A stretch of 62,426 nt of DNA, filler included. It is 6 parts of 6 records of this genome, joined end to end, with 100 filler letters (N's around TTAATTAATTAA, not from the genome) between each part and the next. Parts side by side here need not be neighbours in the genome. Positions count along the whole stretch, not along the records: positions 38,619 to 58,818 come from SRR20825010_7187; 5 more parts are not named here. One strand, given 5' to 3'. This document shows, in pieces, positions 38,844 to 50,106 of this stretch. The position numbers and the translations under genes are program-made. The stretch's first letter is position 1. Each line of letters begins with the position of its first letter. The notes under the pieces were generated by a model. The model saw only the letters and a program-made list of their open reading frames with translations. It was not told where the DNA came from and searched no databases.

Positions 38844-38875
38844 TTTACATATAAAATTATGTCGTCTATATAAAA
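38844..38875. promoter_or_regulatory. Candidate operator upstream of the sugar catabolic operon
   Basis: AT-rich TTTACATATAAAA-TTATGTC-GTCTATATAAAA, with ATATAAAA repeated at 38849 and 38868. Confidence 0.45.
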
Positions 38876-38893
38876 CGGAGAAGGGAGGCGACA

Positions 38894-39940
38894 ATGCCGA
38901 CTGTAAAATCCGTTTTCGGGGCCGAGGGTTCACTATTGGACCGGCTACCGGCGCTTGGGCTGGGTGCAGCGCCATTGGGCAATCTTTATCGCCCGATGTC
39001 GGATGCTGAATGCGAGCACCTGCTGGAAGCGGCTTGGGCTTTCGGCTTGCGCTATTTTGATACTGCGCCGCTTTACGGCTTCGGCATGTCGGAGCGGAGG
39101 CTTGGTGCCTTTTTGCGCGGTAAGCCGCGTGACGAATTTTTTGTCTCGACCAAAGTCGGACGATTGCTGAAACCAAACGCCGGCTATCACGGGCAGCGCG
39201 ACTATTTCATTGATGCCGATCCCTTTGAGCCAGTTTTTGATTATTCACGCGATGCCGTTTTGCGCTCGCATGAAAACAGTCTTGAGCGACTTGGGCTGGA
39301 TCGTATCGATATTCTGCTGATGCACGACATTGGCGCAGCGACGCATGGCGAAGCCCACGCTGAAACTTTTGCGACAGCCATGACCGGTGGATATTCCGCA
39401 ATGGATGAATTGCGAAGCAGTGGTGCTGTCGGCGCTATCGGCCTTGGTGTGAATGAATGGGAAGTCTGTGCCGAGGCTATGGCGCGTGGCACCTGGGATT
39501 GCATGCTGCTGGCCGGTCGTCACACACTTCTGCAGCAAGAGGCAGGAGCGTTTCTCGACCTCTGTATCGACATGAATGTGCGTGTAATCGCAGCCGGAGT
39601 GTTCAATTCAGGCATTCTCGCCACAGGCACCGGCGCTTATGCGCGCTTCAATTATGATGTCGCATCTGACGAGATCGCGGCGCGTGTAAGCGAACTCGCC
39701 CGTATCTGCGGTGATTTCAATACCCCTTTGGGTGCTGCCGCCATTCAATATCCAAAAGCCCATCCTGCAGTGATTTCCGTACTTGCAGGCATTGGGTCTT
39801 CGGATGAGCTGATCCAGACAATGGACTGGGTTGGACGCAGCGTGCCCGATGGTTTGTGGCAGGCTTTGCGGGCAAAAGGTCTCCTGCGGAAAGAATTGCC
39901 AGTTCCCGTGAATACCGAAGCCGCGGACGAGGCCGTATGA
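38894..39940 (+). CDS. Aldo/keto reductase, D-threo-aldose/L-fucose 1-dehydrogenase-like
   Basis: LGLGAAPLGNL, FDTAPLYGFGMSE, STKVGRLL, FDYS, HDIG, LLAGR and GVFNSGILA. Confidence 0.88.
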   Translation: MPTVKSVFGAEGSLLDRLPALGLGAAPLGNLYRPMSDAECEHLLEAAWAFGLRYFDTAPLYGFGMSERRLGAFLRGKPRDEFFVSTKVGRLLKPNAGYHGQRDYFIDADPFEPVFDYSRDAVLRSHENSLERLGLDRIDILLMHDIGAATHGEAHAETFATAMTGGYSAMDELRSSGAVGAIGLGVNEWEVCAEAMARGTWDCMLLAGRHTLLQQEAGAFLDLCIDMNVRVIAAGVFNSGILATGTGAYARFNYDVASDEIAARVSELARICGDFNTPLGAAAIQYPKAHPAVISVLAGIGSSDELIQTMDWVGRSVPDGLWQALRAKGLLRKELPVPVNTEAADEAV

Positions 39941-40794
39941 GGATCGACGCCCATCAGCATTTTTGGCAATTGGATAATTCGTTTTGCAATTGGCCAACAC
40001 CGGCAGAGGCGGCGATTTATCGTGACTTCGGTCCTGATGATTTCGCACCACTTCTGCGCCGTCATCAGATAACGGCAAGTGTTTTGGTGCAGGCTGCACC
40101 CGCATTTGAAGAAACGGAATACCTGCTCGGCCTTGCCGATCAGCATAATTTTGTTGGTGCGGTTGTTGGTTGGGTCGATATGGAAAGCCGCAGCGCCACG
40201 CGCCAAATCCGTGAACTGGCCCAGCATAACAAGTTTCGCGGCATCCGGCCAATGTTGCCAAGTATCTCCGATCCCAATTGGATTCTTGATCACGCCTTCG
40301 ACGATGTGTTCCACGCGCTGGAACAGCAGGGTTTGAGCTTCGACGCGCTGGTGACACCCGTGCATCTGGAAGCAATAAGAGTTCTTGCCGAGCGCCACCC
40401 GGGTCTCGCAATCATTATCGACCACGGTGCCAAGCCGGCAATTCGTGACGGGCATGCCGCGTCTGACGGTTTACATGGCTGGGCATTGCGCATGTCTCTG
40501 TTTGCGCAGCTGCCGCAAGTTTGCTGCAAATTGTCGGGCCTTCTCACCGAGGCATTGCCTGCCGCCACCCTTGCCGATCTGCGCCCATATCTCGACCATC
40601 TCTATGAGGTATTCGGGCCTGAGCGATTGTTGTGGGGTAGTGACTGGCCGGTTCTGGGGCTTGCAGCTGAGTACGGTCACTGGATTGATTTGGTCGGAGA
40701 GTGGCTCTCCGGCAAACCTGCCGCCGCACAGGCGCAAATTTGGGGCGGAAACGCCCAACGTATCTATCGAATTGATACAAAAGGAGAAGCCTGA
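39937..40794 (+). CDS. Amidohydrolase-family L-fuconolactonase-like protein
   Basis: MRIDAHQHFW, VLVQAA, VVGWVD, IDHGAKP, CKLSGL and WGSDWPV. ATGA overlap with the upstream gene. Confidence 0.88.
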   Translation: MRIDAHQHFWQLDNSFCNWPTPAEAAIYRDFGPDDFAPLLRRHQITASVLVQAAPAFEETEYLLGLADQHNFVGAVVGWVDMESRSATRQIRELAQHNKFRGIRPMLPSISDPNWILDHAFDDVFHALEQQGLSFDALVTPVHLEAIRVLAERHPGLAIIIDHGAKPAIRDGHAASDGLHGWALRMSLFAQLPQVCCKLSGLLTEALPAATLADLRPYLDHLYEVFGPERLLWGSDWPVLGLAAEYGHWIDLVGEWLSGKPAAAQAQIWGGNAQRIYRIDTKGEA

Positions 40795-40797
40795 TCC

Positions 40798-41910
40798 ATG
40801 TCACGTATTCAGCATGCCGAAATTTGGATGGTGCCTCTCGAACCCAAAGTTATCAGGGTTGATGCCATCCAGTCCTTCGTGTGTCAGGAGACGATTATCG
40901 TCCGCCTCCATGATGCCGATGGAGCCACCGGCACAGGCTATAGCTACACGATAGGAACAGGCGGTTCATCCGTTGTCGCGCTTCTCGTCAATCACCTTCT
41001 GCCACAGCTGATTGGACGCGATGGCGACGACATCGAGGCGATTTGGCGCGATCTTCTGTTCCACACACATGCCACATCTGTCGGTGCCATTACGTCGTTG
41101 GCGCTCGCAGCCATTGACACCGCTTTGTGGGATTTGCGCGCGCGTCGCGCCAATCTTCCTCTTCACAAGATTGCCGGTGGCGCGAAATCAAGCGTGCCGA
41201 GCTATACGACCGAAGGCGGCTGGCTGCATCTTTCTGAAGAAGCGCTGGTCGAAGACGCGTTGCGTGCTCGCGAAGCTGGCTTTTACGGCGTTAAAATAAA
41301 AGTAGGAAAGCCATCTATTGCAGAAGATGTGTCGCGCATATCCGCTCTGCGTGACGCAATCGGCCATGACATGGAGCTTATGATCGACTGCAATCAGGCT
41401 TTTACAGTCGCCGAAGCTATTCGTCGCGCCGACGCTTTCAGGGATTTCGGTCTGGCATGGATTGAGGAGCCAATGGTCGCCGATGATGTAGCCGGCCACC
41501 AGCGCCTTGCTGCCTCCACAAGCATTCCTGTCGCCGTGGGTGAGTCGATTTATGGACTTGGTCATTTCCGCGAATATCTGCAACGTGATGCATGCGCGAT
41601 CATGCAGGTCGATTGCGCGCGTATCGGCGGTATCACGCCATGGCTCAAGGCGGCGCATCTTGCTGAAGCCTGCAACATGGATGTGGCCCCACACTTCCTG
41701 ATGGAGCTGCATGTCTCGCTTGCTTGCGCTGTGCCCAATGGGCGCTGGGTGGAATATATTCCGCAGCTCGACGACATAACCACATCGCGCCTCAAAATCA
41801 TTGAAGGTCGCGCCTTTGCACCCATGACGCCCGGTCTTGGTATCGAATGGGAATGGGGTGCTATTGGTGCCCGTAGTGTGATTACACAAAAAGTTGCGAA
41901 AGCAGCTTGA
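40798..41910 (+). CDS. Mandelate racemase-family sugar-acid dehydratase (probable L-fuconate dehydratase role)
   Basis: AIDTALWDL, KIKVG, D..WIEEP..GES metal ligands, GGITPW and PHFLMELH. Role inferred from operon context. Confidence 0.82.
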   Translation: MSRIQHAEIWMVPLEPKVIRVDAIQSFVCQETIIVRLHDADGATGTGYSYTIGTGGSSVVALLVNHLLPQLIGRDGDDIEAIWRDLLFHTHATSVGAITSLALAAIDTALWDLRARRANLPLHKIAGGAKSSVPSYTTEGGWLHLSEEALVEDALRAREAGFYGVKIKVGKPSIAEDVSRISALRDAIGHDMELMIDCNQAFTVAEAIRRADAFRDFGLAWIEEPMVADDVAGHQRLAASTSIPVAVGESIYGLGHFREYLQRDACAIMQVDCARIGGITPWLKAAHLAEACNMDVAPHFLMELHVSLACAVPNGRWVEYIPQLDDITTSRLKIIEGRAFAPMTPGLGIEWEWGAIGARSVITQKVAKAA

Positions 41911-41921
41911 GGATGGAGGAT

Positions 41922-43008
<1,087 letters not shown>

Positions 43009-43029
43009 TTCTGATTTTAGGTCTTTGAA

Positions 43030-43878
43030 ATGAAACTTCTTCGCTACGGTCCTGTCGGTCAGGAAAAACCCGGCCTTCTGGATGCGCATGGTCGTATGCG
43101 CGATCTTAGTGCTCATGTGCATGACATTTCTGGTCCGCATCTGGCCGATGAGGCCTTGCAGCGCTTGCGCTCCATTGACATTGATACTTTGCCGATTGTG
43201 GATGAGGGCACGCGCCTCGGGGCCTGTGTCGGCTCGGTCGGGAAGTTCATCTGTGTTGGCCTCAATTATGCCGATCACGCAGCCGAGTCAGGCATGGACG
43301 TGCCCGACGAGCCTGTATTGTTTTTCAAGGCCACAAGTGCGATTTGCGGACCGGACGATGATGTTATCATCCCTCGCAACAGCATAAAAACCGACTGGGA
43401 AGTCGAGCTCGGTGTCGTGATTGGCAAGGAGGCCCGCTATGTCTCGCCAGATGACGCCATGTCCCACATCGCTGGCTATTGCGTCGTCAATGATCTTTCC
43501 GAACGCGCCTTTCAGATGGAGCGCGGCGGCCAATGGGTTAAGGGCAAGAGTGCAGACACATTCGGCCCCATCGGTCCGTGGCTCGTCACGCGCGAGGAAG
43601 TTGCCGATCCGCATCAGCTGGACATCTGGTTGGAAGTAGACGGTAAGCGTCATCAGAACGGCAACACGCGCACGATGATTTTCAAGCTGCCATTTATTGT
43701 GAGTTACATCTCGCAGTTCATGAGCCTGCAACCCGGCGATGTGATTTCCACAGGCACACCGCCAGGTGTCGGGCTTGGCATGAAGCCGGAGCCGGTCTAT
43801 CTGCGTGCGGGTCAGACCATGCGTCTGGGCATCGAAGGTCTGGGCGAGCAGAACCAACGCACTGTTCCGGCTGCCTGA
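43030..43878 (+). CDS. FAH family hydrolase (2,4-diketo-3-deoxy-L-fuconate hydrolase-like)
   Basis: VGLNYADH, DWEVELG, NDLSER, WVKGK and TGTPPGVG. Confidence 0.9.
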   Translation: MKLLRYGPVGQEKPGLLDAHGRMRDLSAHVHDISGPHLADEALQRLRSIDIDTLPIVDEGTRLGACVGSVGKFICVGLNYADHAAESGMDVPDEPVLFFKATSAICGPDDDVIIPRNSIKTDWEVELGVVIGKEARYVSPDDAMSHIAGYCVVNDLSERAFQMERGGQWVKGKSADTFGPIGPWLVTREEVADPHQLDIWLEVDGKRHQNGNTRTMIFKLPFIVSYISQFMSLQPGDVISTGTPPGVGLGMKPEPVYLRAGQTMRLGIEGLGEQNQRTVPAA

Positions 43879-43902
43879 CGTTTTGGCAATCCTATTTGAC
43901 AA

Positions 43903-44988
43903 TCAGTTGGGAGCGTTTTGCGGACGCTTGTCCGCATCCCAATTCTCGATGGTGATCTGCGACTGGATAGCTGGCTCCATCAGGCCGGTCGCCATCGGGC
44001 ACTTCACGCCGGGGAGCGTGAAGACATCGAACAATTCACGGATTTCACCTTCAAAGCGCATCCACTGCACGACGTCGCCAGTGCGTGTATCGATGATCTG
44101 CACGCCGCACCAAGGTTCGGCATCGCGTTTTGCCATGGCATCATCCAGTTCCAGTCCGGAGAAGCTGCCATCACGTGGCAGTGACAGACCGACAAAGGCA
44201 AAATGTCCGTGGAACGAAAGACCGCGCATAAAGCCGGGCAGGAAAGCCACAACCTCAAGTGAGCCGTCGTTCTCGTTCACGGTGCAAAGATTGCCGCGTC
44301 CGGAATCAAGCACCCACAGCTTGCCGTTGTGAACGCGCGGCGAATGCGGCATGGACAGGTTCTGCGTCACGAATTCGTTGGAGGCGACATCCATGATAGA
44401 GCCGCCACTGGCGCGGCGATCGCGCCAGCCCGTCACCACGTCGCTCTTGCACACTGCAGTCACATATTTGGCTTCACCTTCATGCATCGCCAGTCCGTTG
44501 AGGTGGCAGCGATCTTCCGGCGCAAGTCTTGAGATGAAATGCGGTTTCCAGATCGGCTTGAAACTATGTGTGGCACTGGGAACGGCGAGGCAGGAATATT
44601 TGGTATTCACAAAGATGACTTGACCGGACTTGTCGATCCCCAATTCATGCACATCCAGATCGCCTGTTGTTTGCGCCGTACGCGGCACATAGTTTCGATC
44701 AAATCCATCGACAGATTGATCGGGTCCTAGAATGTTTTCCATCCGCCAGATCTGGAAGTGGTTGGCAAGATAGAGGCGCTGCGGCGAGGCCGCCACACCC
44801 ATGGCGCGCACGAAATGTCTTTCATGAAAACTTACCGAGCCATTGCTCTTGTGACCTACTAGGTAGAGCCGTCCCGACTGATAAGACGTCAGACCGAAGC
44901 TGATATTATGTTGGGCCATCCATCCTGCCAGGCCACGCGAGCAAGTGATTTTTGTTTTGACGGTCGAGGAAGTAGCTGGCTGGGACAT
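43903..44988 (-). CDS. TIGR03032/DUF4915 family protein
   Basis: TSYQSG, YVPR..TGDLDVHE, VNTKYSCL, WKPHFISRLAPEDRCHLNGLA, LSMPHSPR and PGFMRGL. Confidence 0.9.
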   Translation of the reverse strand: MSQPATSSTVKTKITCSRGLAGWMAQHNISFGLTSYQSGRLYLVGHKSNGSVSFHERHFVRAMGVAASPQRLYLANHFQIWRMENILGPDQSVDGFDRNYVPRTAQTTGDLDVHELGIDKSGQVIFVNTKYSCLAVPSATHSFKPIWKPHFISRLAPEDRCHLNGLAMHEGEAKYVTAVCKSDVVTGWRDRRASGGSIMDVASNEFVTQNLSMPHSPRVHNGKLWVLDSGRGNLCTVNENDGSLEVVAFLPGFMRGLSFHGHFAFVGLSLPRDGSFSGLELDDAMAKRDAEPWCGVQIIDTRTGDVVQWMRFEGEIRELFDVFTLPGVKCPMATGLMEPAIQSQITIENWDADKRPQNAPN

Positions 44989-45133
44989 AGATCACGACTT
45001 TATTTGAAGGTGGAGAAGGTTCAATTTATTGGTATTGAGCCATGGCACCGGGATAATGAGAATAGTCAATCTGGAAGGATATGCGAAAGTGAATCGGACA
45101 GAGCGAATAAATGGGAACCGGCACCTCAAGGCA

Positions 45134-46000
45134 ATGCATTTATTGCTGGTCAGTCTGCTGGGGTTGCAACTGGCTGCCTGTGTGGGCGTTCCCGAACTCG
45201 CCAAGCGTAAATCCGATGCGATGAATGTAGCACCTGCCGGATTTCATGCAGAAAATCTTGAAACGCGCGAATTCAAGCTTTTCGCTCTTCTCCCTGAGAA
45301 TATGCGTGTGTTGGATGACGGTATTCTCACGGTTTTGATCGAGGGTGATGGTTTCGCCTATATACGTCGCGACCGTGCCTCCGCGGATCCCACGCCGCTT
45401 TCACAGACAGTCATCGAGCTTTTGCCTCGTGATGGTAGACAGAATGTGGCTTATCTGGCGCGTCCATGTCAGTTCACCGGCGCGACCACGCCAGCTTGCG
45501 ATGTTTCTGTCTGGACATTGGAGCGCTACTCCGAACGGGTGATTGACACGATGGACGAAGCCGTGACGCTATTGAAGGCATCGGCTCATGCTAGTCAACT
45601 TCGGCTCATCGGTTATTCAGGTGGCGGTGTTGTTGCGGCCTTGTTGGCAGCTCGACGCGTTGATGTGGTATCGCTTGTCACTATTGCATCCCCGCTCGAT
45701 ACGGATGCATTTGTTGCTGTCCATTCGGTCTCTCCGATGAATGGTTCGCTCAATCCGCGGGATTTCGCGCAGGCACTTTCCAGTGTGCCGCAGATTCATT
45801 TTGTAGGAGAACAGGACAAGGTTGTGCCGAGACAGATTCTTGAAAGCTTTTTCGCATCTTTGCCAAACAAGGCTTGCGCCGAAATTGTCACTGTGTCGGG
45901 CGCGAGCCATAGCAGTGGATGGTCGAAGATTTTTCCCGCGCCTGTCGATCAGTTGCCGGTTTGCCACTCAGACAGTGTTTCGAAAGTTGTCGCGCCATGA
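45134..46000 (+). CDS. Alpha/beta-hydrolase lipoprotein
   Basis: Lipobox LAAC, IEGDG, DPTP, YLARPCQF, GYSGG nucleophile elbow, D-KVV and terminal His. Start is approximate. Confidence 0.85.
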   Translation: MHLLLVSLLGLQLAACVGVPELAKRKSDAMNVAPAGFHAENLETREFKLFALLPENMRVLDDGILTVLIEGDGFAYIRRDRASADPTPLSQTVIELLPRDGRQNVAYLARPCQFTGATTPACDVSVWTLERYSERVIDTMDEAVTLLKASAHASQLRLIGYSGGGVVAALLAARRVDVVSLVTIASPLDTDAFVAVHSVSPMNGSLNPRDFAQALSSVPQIHFVGEQDKVVPRQILESFFASLPNKACAEIVTVSGASHSSGWSKIFPAPVDQLPVCHSDSVSKVVAP

Positions 46001-46668
46001 ACGCTTCAATTAAGATTGCCCTGATCGACGACCACCACATGTTTCTGGATGGCTTGAGCGAAGTCATCAGAAGCTTGGACAAACGATATCGGTGCACCGG
46101 CTTCGCGTCGCCGCGTGAGGCCATCAGCCAGATCGAGGCGGGCACAAGTTTTGATCTCATTCTTTGCGATCTCGTGATGGAAGAGATGAATGGTGTCGCC
46201 TTCCTGCAAGCCATAAAGGCGCGCAATCTAACAACGCCCGTGCTCATTGTATCCGGCATCGACACTATGCCACCTGTCGAAACCGTTCTTAATCTTGGAG
46301 CGCGGGGCTTTGTCAGCAAATCAGCTCCGTCACTTTCCCTGCGCAAGGCGATTGAAACGGTCTTGGCAGGAGATATTTTTTTATCCGAGGAAATGTGGAG
46401 TCTCGTCAATTCAAACCCGCGCACCCTGCAGCACAGCAATGCAGTGTCATCCGACACAGCCGCTAACATTGATCATGTGATTGGTGGACGGCAGTTAGAG
46501 GTTCTCAATCTTATAGCCGAAGGCTATTCCAACAAGCGTATCTCCGATGTTCTGAATATTTCCGAGAACACCGTTAAAACACATATCCAGAATGTTTTCC
46601 GCCAACTCAATGTGACGCGCCGCACGGCCTGTGTCAGCAAGGCCCGGAGTCTTGGCCTCATTAGCTGA
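45997..46668 (+). CDS. NarL/FixJ family response regulator (REC + LuxR HTH)
   Basis: LIDDH, LCDLVM, GFVSK and EVLNLIAEGYSNKRI..ISENTVKTH. ATGA overlap with the hydrolase. Confidence 0.95.
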   Translation: MNASIKIALIDDHHMFLDGLSEVIRSLDKRYRCTGFASPREAISQIEAGTSFDLILCDLVMEEMNGVAFLQAIKARNLTTPVLIVSGIDTMPPVETVLNLGARGFVSKSAPSLSLRKAIETVLAGDIFLSEEMWSLVNSNPRTLQHSNAVSSDTAANIDHVIGGRQLEVLNLIAEGYSNKRISDVLNISENTVKTHIQNVFRQLNVTRRTACVSKARSLGLIS

Positions 46669-46682
46669 AGTGCTGCGCAGCT

Positions 46683-48482
46683 TCATCCAAAAACAATGGG
46701 TGCTGTCGATTGTGTTTCAGCTCGAACTGTCGCAATACGCCGCAAAATGCGATGCAGCCGTTCAGGCTCAACGGGTTTGTGCATGACCGATAGATTGATC
46801 GCGCCACCTTCCAAATCGTCGCCAGCAATGTCGCCGGTCATGATGATGGCCGGTATAGTCTCATTGATTTCGTCTCGGACCTTCTCGATGACATCTAGTC
46901 CGTTTTCACTATCGCCCAGTCTATGATCCACGAGCAGGACATGCGGTGTGGCGCCCGTCTGAGCTAGCACTTCCAGTGCATCGCTCGATGAGCGTGCTGA
47001 ATAGACTTGGCATCCCCAACTTGTCAGAACAGTTGTCATGCCGGCGCGGATTGCATCCTCGTTATCGACCAGCAATATGCATAGATTGCCGATGGTGGAA
47101 GTGAACGGGGCATAGGTATCTTGCGTGTGCTGCAGAAGGTGAGCGTCCTCCCGCAATGCCTCTAGCGTCAGTGTGGCGCAAGTGCCTTCCCCGACTCGGG
47201 ATGTCAAATCTAGTTTCAATCCAAGCAGTTTGACCAATCGGCGCACAATCGAGAGGCCAAGACCCAGACCCTTTTCTCGATTTCGCTCGGGATTGCCAAG
47301 CTGCACATATTCCTCGAAAACAAAATTGAGTTTGTTAGATGGAATGCCGCAACCGTTATCCTCAACTGCCACAACGATATTTTGCTCCACCCGCGAAACG
47401 CTTACCGTGACGGTTCCGCCACGTGCGGTGAATTTGACCGCGTTCGATATCAGATTGCGCAGAATCCGGGTGAGGATCAGCGGGTCCGTGCGCGCAGGCG
47501 CCTCCGGCGTTACAATTTCCAGCATGACACCGCGTCCGGCGGCGATAGCTGCAAATTCATCGCAGACGCGGCGCGCCAATGTGCCCACATCAATCGGGCG
47601 CATGTCCGGTACAATCACACCGGCATCAAGCCGCGATACATCAACCAGCCCGTCAAGAAGGTGGCCGAGCCCGCGCCAGCTCGCTTCCACTTTGGCCAGC
47701 AGCGCCAGTTGGTCAGGTCTCTTTGTGCGCTCGCGCAGTGCTGTCAGATAAAAGCCCTGAGCGTGCAACGGTTGGGCAAGGTCATGGCTGGTCGCGGCCA
47801 GAAAACGTGTCTTTTCTTCATTAGCCTTTTGCAAAGCGTTGCGTTGGCGGCTCAACTCTTCGATCAGAATGGCATTTTGTTGGATTGCCAATACGTCGCG
47901 CGTACCGATTTCCACCCGTGCGCTTGCCGACATGAAAAAAGCATAGGCCAGAAAGATCCCGATACCTGTGCCACTGAGTGGCCATGGCGCCATGACGAGA
48001 ACCCATGTGGCATAGGGCAGTAAAACGAAAGTCGCCAGGCCAACATAGGAGCGACGATAAGCCGATTGGGGTGCAATGCCGCCCAAAGAAATGCTCAGTA
48101 CCAAAACACCTGTCAGGAACAGGCTGGTCTCCGAATGCGCATCGGTTAGCAATGCCGCACCAATACCCCAAACCGCACCTGTGACACAAGAGATGGCAGT
48201 GTGCCAACCCAGATAGACATCCATGTTTTCCAGTGTCACGCCGCTGTGCCGGAAAAGATAAGGCAGCAGCAGTGTCGTCAGAATGGCCAGTGATGCCACC
48301 CCGAACCATAGTATGATTGGCAACAGCGGGTTTAGAAAAGCCAGAATGACGCAATAGCAAGTCAACAGACAAAAAACCGAAACCGCCGAACTACTTGCCC
48401 GTTCAAACAAAAGTCGCGCTTGGCCAAGTTCCAGCATATCCGGTTCTAGTTTGTGTGCGCCGATATCAATTTCCGAATTCAT
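46683..48482 (-). CDS. Membrane hybrid sensor histidine kinase (TM-HisKA-HATPase-REC)
   Basis: About six TM segments, FLAATSHDLAQP, NLISNAVKFT, DNGCGI, GLGLGL and a C-terminal receiver domain. Confidence 0.95.
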   Translation of the reverse strand: MNSEIDIGAHKLEPDMLELGQARLLFERASSSAVSVFCLLTCYCVILAFLNPLLPIILWFGVASLAILTTLLLPYLFRHSGVTLENMDVYLGWHTAISCVTGAVWGIGAALLTDAHSETSLFLTGVLVLSISLGGIAPQSAYRRSYVGLATFVLLPYATWVLVMAPWPLSGTGIGIFLAYAFFMSASARVEIGTRDVLAIQQNAILIEELSRQRNALQKANEEKTRFLAATSHDLAQPLHAQGFYLTALRERTKRPDQLALLAKVEASWRGLGHLLDGLVDVSRLDAGVIVPDMRPIDVGTLARRVCDEFAAIAAGRGVMLEIVTPEAPARTDPLILTRILRNLISNAVKFTARGGTVTVSVSRVEQNIVVAVEDNGCGIPSNKLNFVFEEYVQLGNPERNREKGLGLGLSIVRRLVKLLGLKLDLTSRVGEGTCATLTLEALREDAHLLQHTQDTYAPFTSTIGNLCILLVDNEDAIRAGMTTVLTSWGCQVYSARSSSDALEVLAQTGATPHVLLVDHRLGDSENGLDVIEKVRDEINETIPAIIMTGDIAGDDLEGGAINLSVMHKPVEPERLHRILRRIATVRAETQSTAPIVFG

Positions 48483-48736
48483 CCTACTCCCCTTAGCCGT
48501 TCCCGTTCCTGGCTCGGCATGTCTGAACTCTAGCAGATTATGGAGTTTCGTCGCTGATAACACTGTTAGTGAATGCTTTGCCGCTATGATTTTTTCATCT
48601 GGGCGCTGAAATTGTCTTGGCATAGTGCAAATGCGTCATGCCGGTATTCCTCACAGTTTCTAGTTTGTGAATCGCAGAGGGTGCGGGGGCAATCACTTGT
48701 CTTCTAACCCGTTGAATTCAAAGACTGGGGCTGAGT

Positions 48737-50080
48737 ATGAAGATGAGTTTGGTTCGGCTGGGGGGCAGCCTTCTTGCATTAGGTTTTGCGATGTCAATTG
48801 CGGGGCTCAGCGCGCGCGCCGGCTCTCTGGAAGATGCAATGCAGGCCCTGAACGCCCGTAATCCCGAGCAAGCCTATGCAATCCTGAAGCCCGAAGAACG
48901 CACTCGTGCAGGCAATCCCGAATTTGACTACGCATTGGGATTAGCTGCCGTCGACAGCGGCCGCGGTTCTGAGGCTGTCAGTGCTTTCGAACGTGTTCTG
49001 GCCGTGCAGCCAGACCATTTGCAAGCCCGTGCCGAGCTTGGCCGCGCCTATCTTGCCATCAACGAGCCGGAAGCCGCGCGGCGCGAAATGGCTAGCGTCG
49101 AAGCATCAAGCCATGTGCCTGACGATGTGCGCGAGACGCTCAACCTCTATGTGGCCGCTCTCGATACAGGCTTATCTGGCGGCGGCACCAACATCCGCAG
49201 CAATGTCACCATCAAGGCGGGCTATGACACCAACGTCAATAATTCCACCAATGACAGCCGTATTCTCATTCCCGCCTTTGCCGGACTGGGCTTTGCCACA
49301 CTAGCCGGTGGCGCAACTGCTGAAGAAGACGCATTTGCCGAAACATCCGGTCGCGTCACGCTCACACATGGGCTGTCCATTGATCGCAAGCTCATCGCCG
49401 AACTTAATGCCAGCTATCGTGGCAACTTGCATGAAGAGCAGTTCAATCAGGCAACTGCCGGATTGAATATCGGCTTGTCGCAAGCCACTCCCGATCACGG
49501 CACGTTCACAGTCTTGGCGCAGGCCCAGTCCTACTGGGTAGATGGCAAGCCCTATCGTTATAGCCTCGGCGGTATCGGTCAGTGGTCCATGAGCACAAAA
49601 TCGCACACCGATTACGGCGTCTATCTACAATATGCCTTCCAGAATTATCCCAATGCCAGCTTTCAGGACACAAACCGTGTGACGCTCGGCGCAACAATCG
49701 GTCAGGCATTTTCTGCCCCCTTCAAGCCATATGTCTTTGCCGGTGTCTATGGCGGCATCGAGAAGGCAACGCACAATAATGCCAGCAATCTTTCCTATGA
49801 CTTTGTGGGAGCTCGCGTCGGAGCGGAGCTTCAGATCACAGACCGCCTCGCAGCGTATGCGACCGCTGCGGTCGAGAATGACGAATACAAAGGTATCGAG
49901 CCGCTCTTCCTGAAAAATCGTTCGACGGTTCGAACCGATCTGTCAGGGGGTGCCCGCTTTGCGCTTACCCCGTCGATCAAGCTCAATCCAGAAGTCACCT
50001 ACACAAATGCCGACAGCAACATTCCGCTCAACAAGTATGACCGGTTTGTCGGCTCCCTCGCTCTCAGCATTGATTTTTAA
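48737..50080 (+). CDS. TPR + DUF560 outer-membrane beta-barrel (Slam / type XI secretion translocon)
   Basis: Signal peptide, TPR helices (AGNPEFDYALG..AFERVLA..RAELGRAY), GYDTNVN barrel start, amphipathic strands, SNIPLNKYDR and terminal F. Confidence 0.85.
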   Translation: MKMSLVRLGGSLLALGFAMSIAGLSARAGSLEDAMQALNARNPEQAYAILKPEERTRAGNPEFDYALGLAAVDSGRGSEAVSAFERVLAVQPDHLQARAELGRAYLAINEPEAARREMASVEASSHVPDDVRETLNLYVAALDTGLSGGGTNIRSNVTIKAGYDTNVNNSTNDSRILIPAFAGLGFATLAGGATAEEDAFAETSGRVTLTHGLSIDRKLIAELNASYRGNLHEEQFNQATAGLNIGLSQATPDHGTFTVLAQAQSYWVDGKPYRYSLGGIGQWSMSTKSHTDYGVYLQYAFQNYPNASFQDTNRVTLGATIGQAFSAPFKPYVFAGVYGGIEKATHNNASNLSYDFVGARVGAELQITDRLAAYATAAVENDEYKGIEPLFLKNRSTVRTDLSGGARFALTPSIKLNPEVTYTNADSNIPLNKYDRFVGSLALSIDF

Positions 50081-50106
50081 GTCCCGACTTACGTGAGGAT
50101 CACATC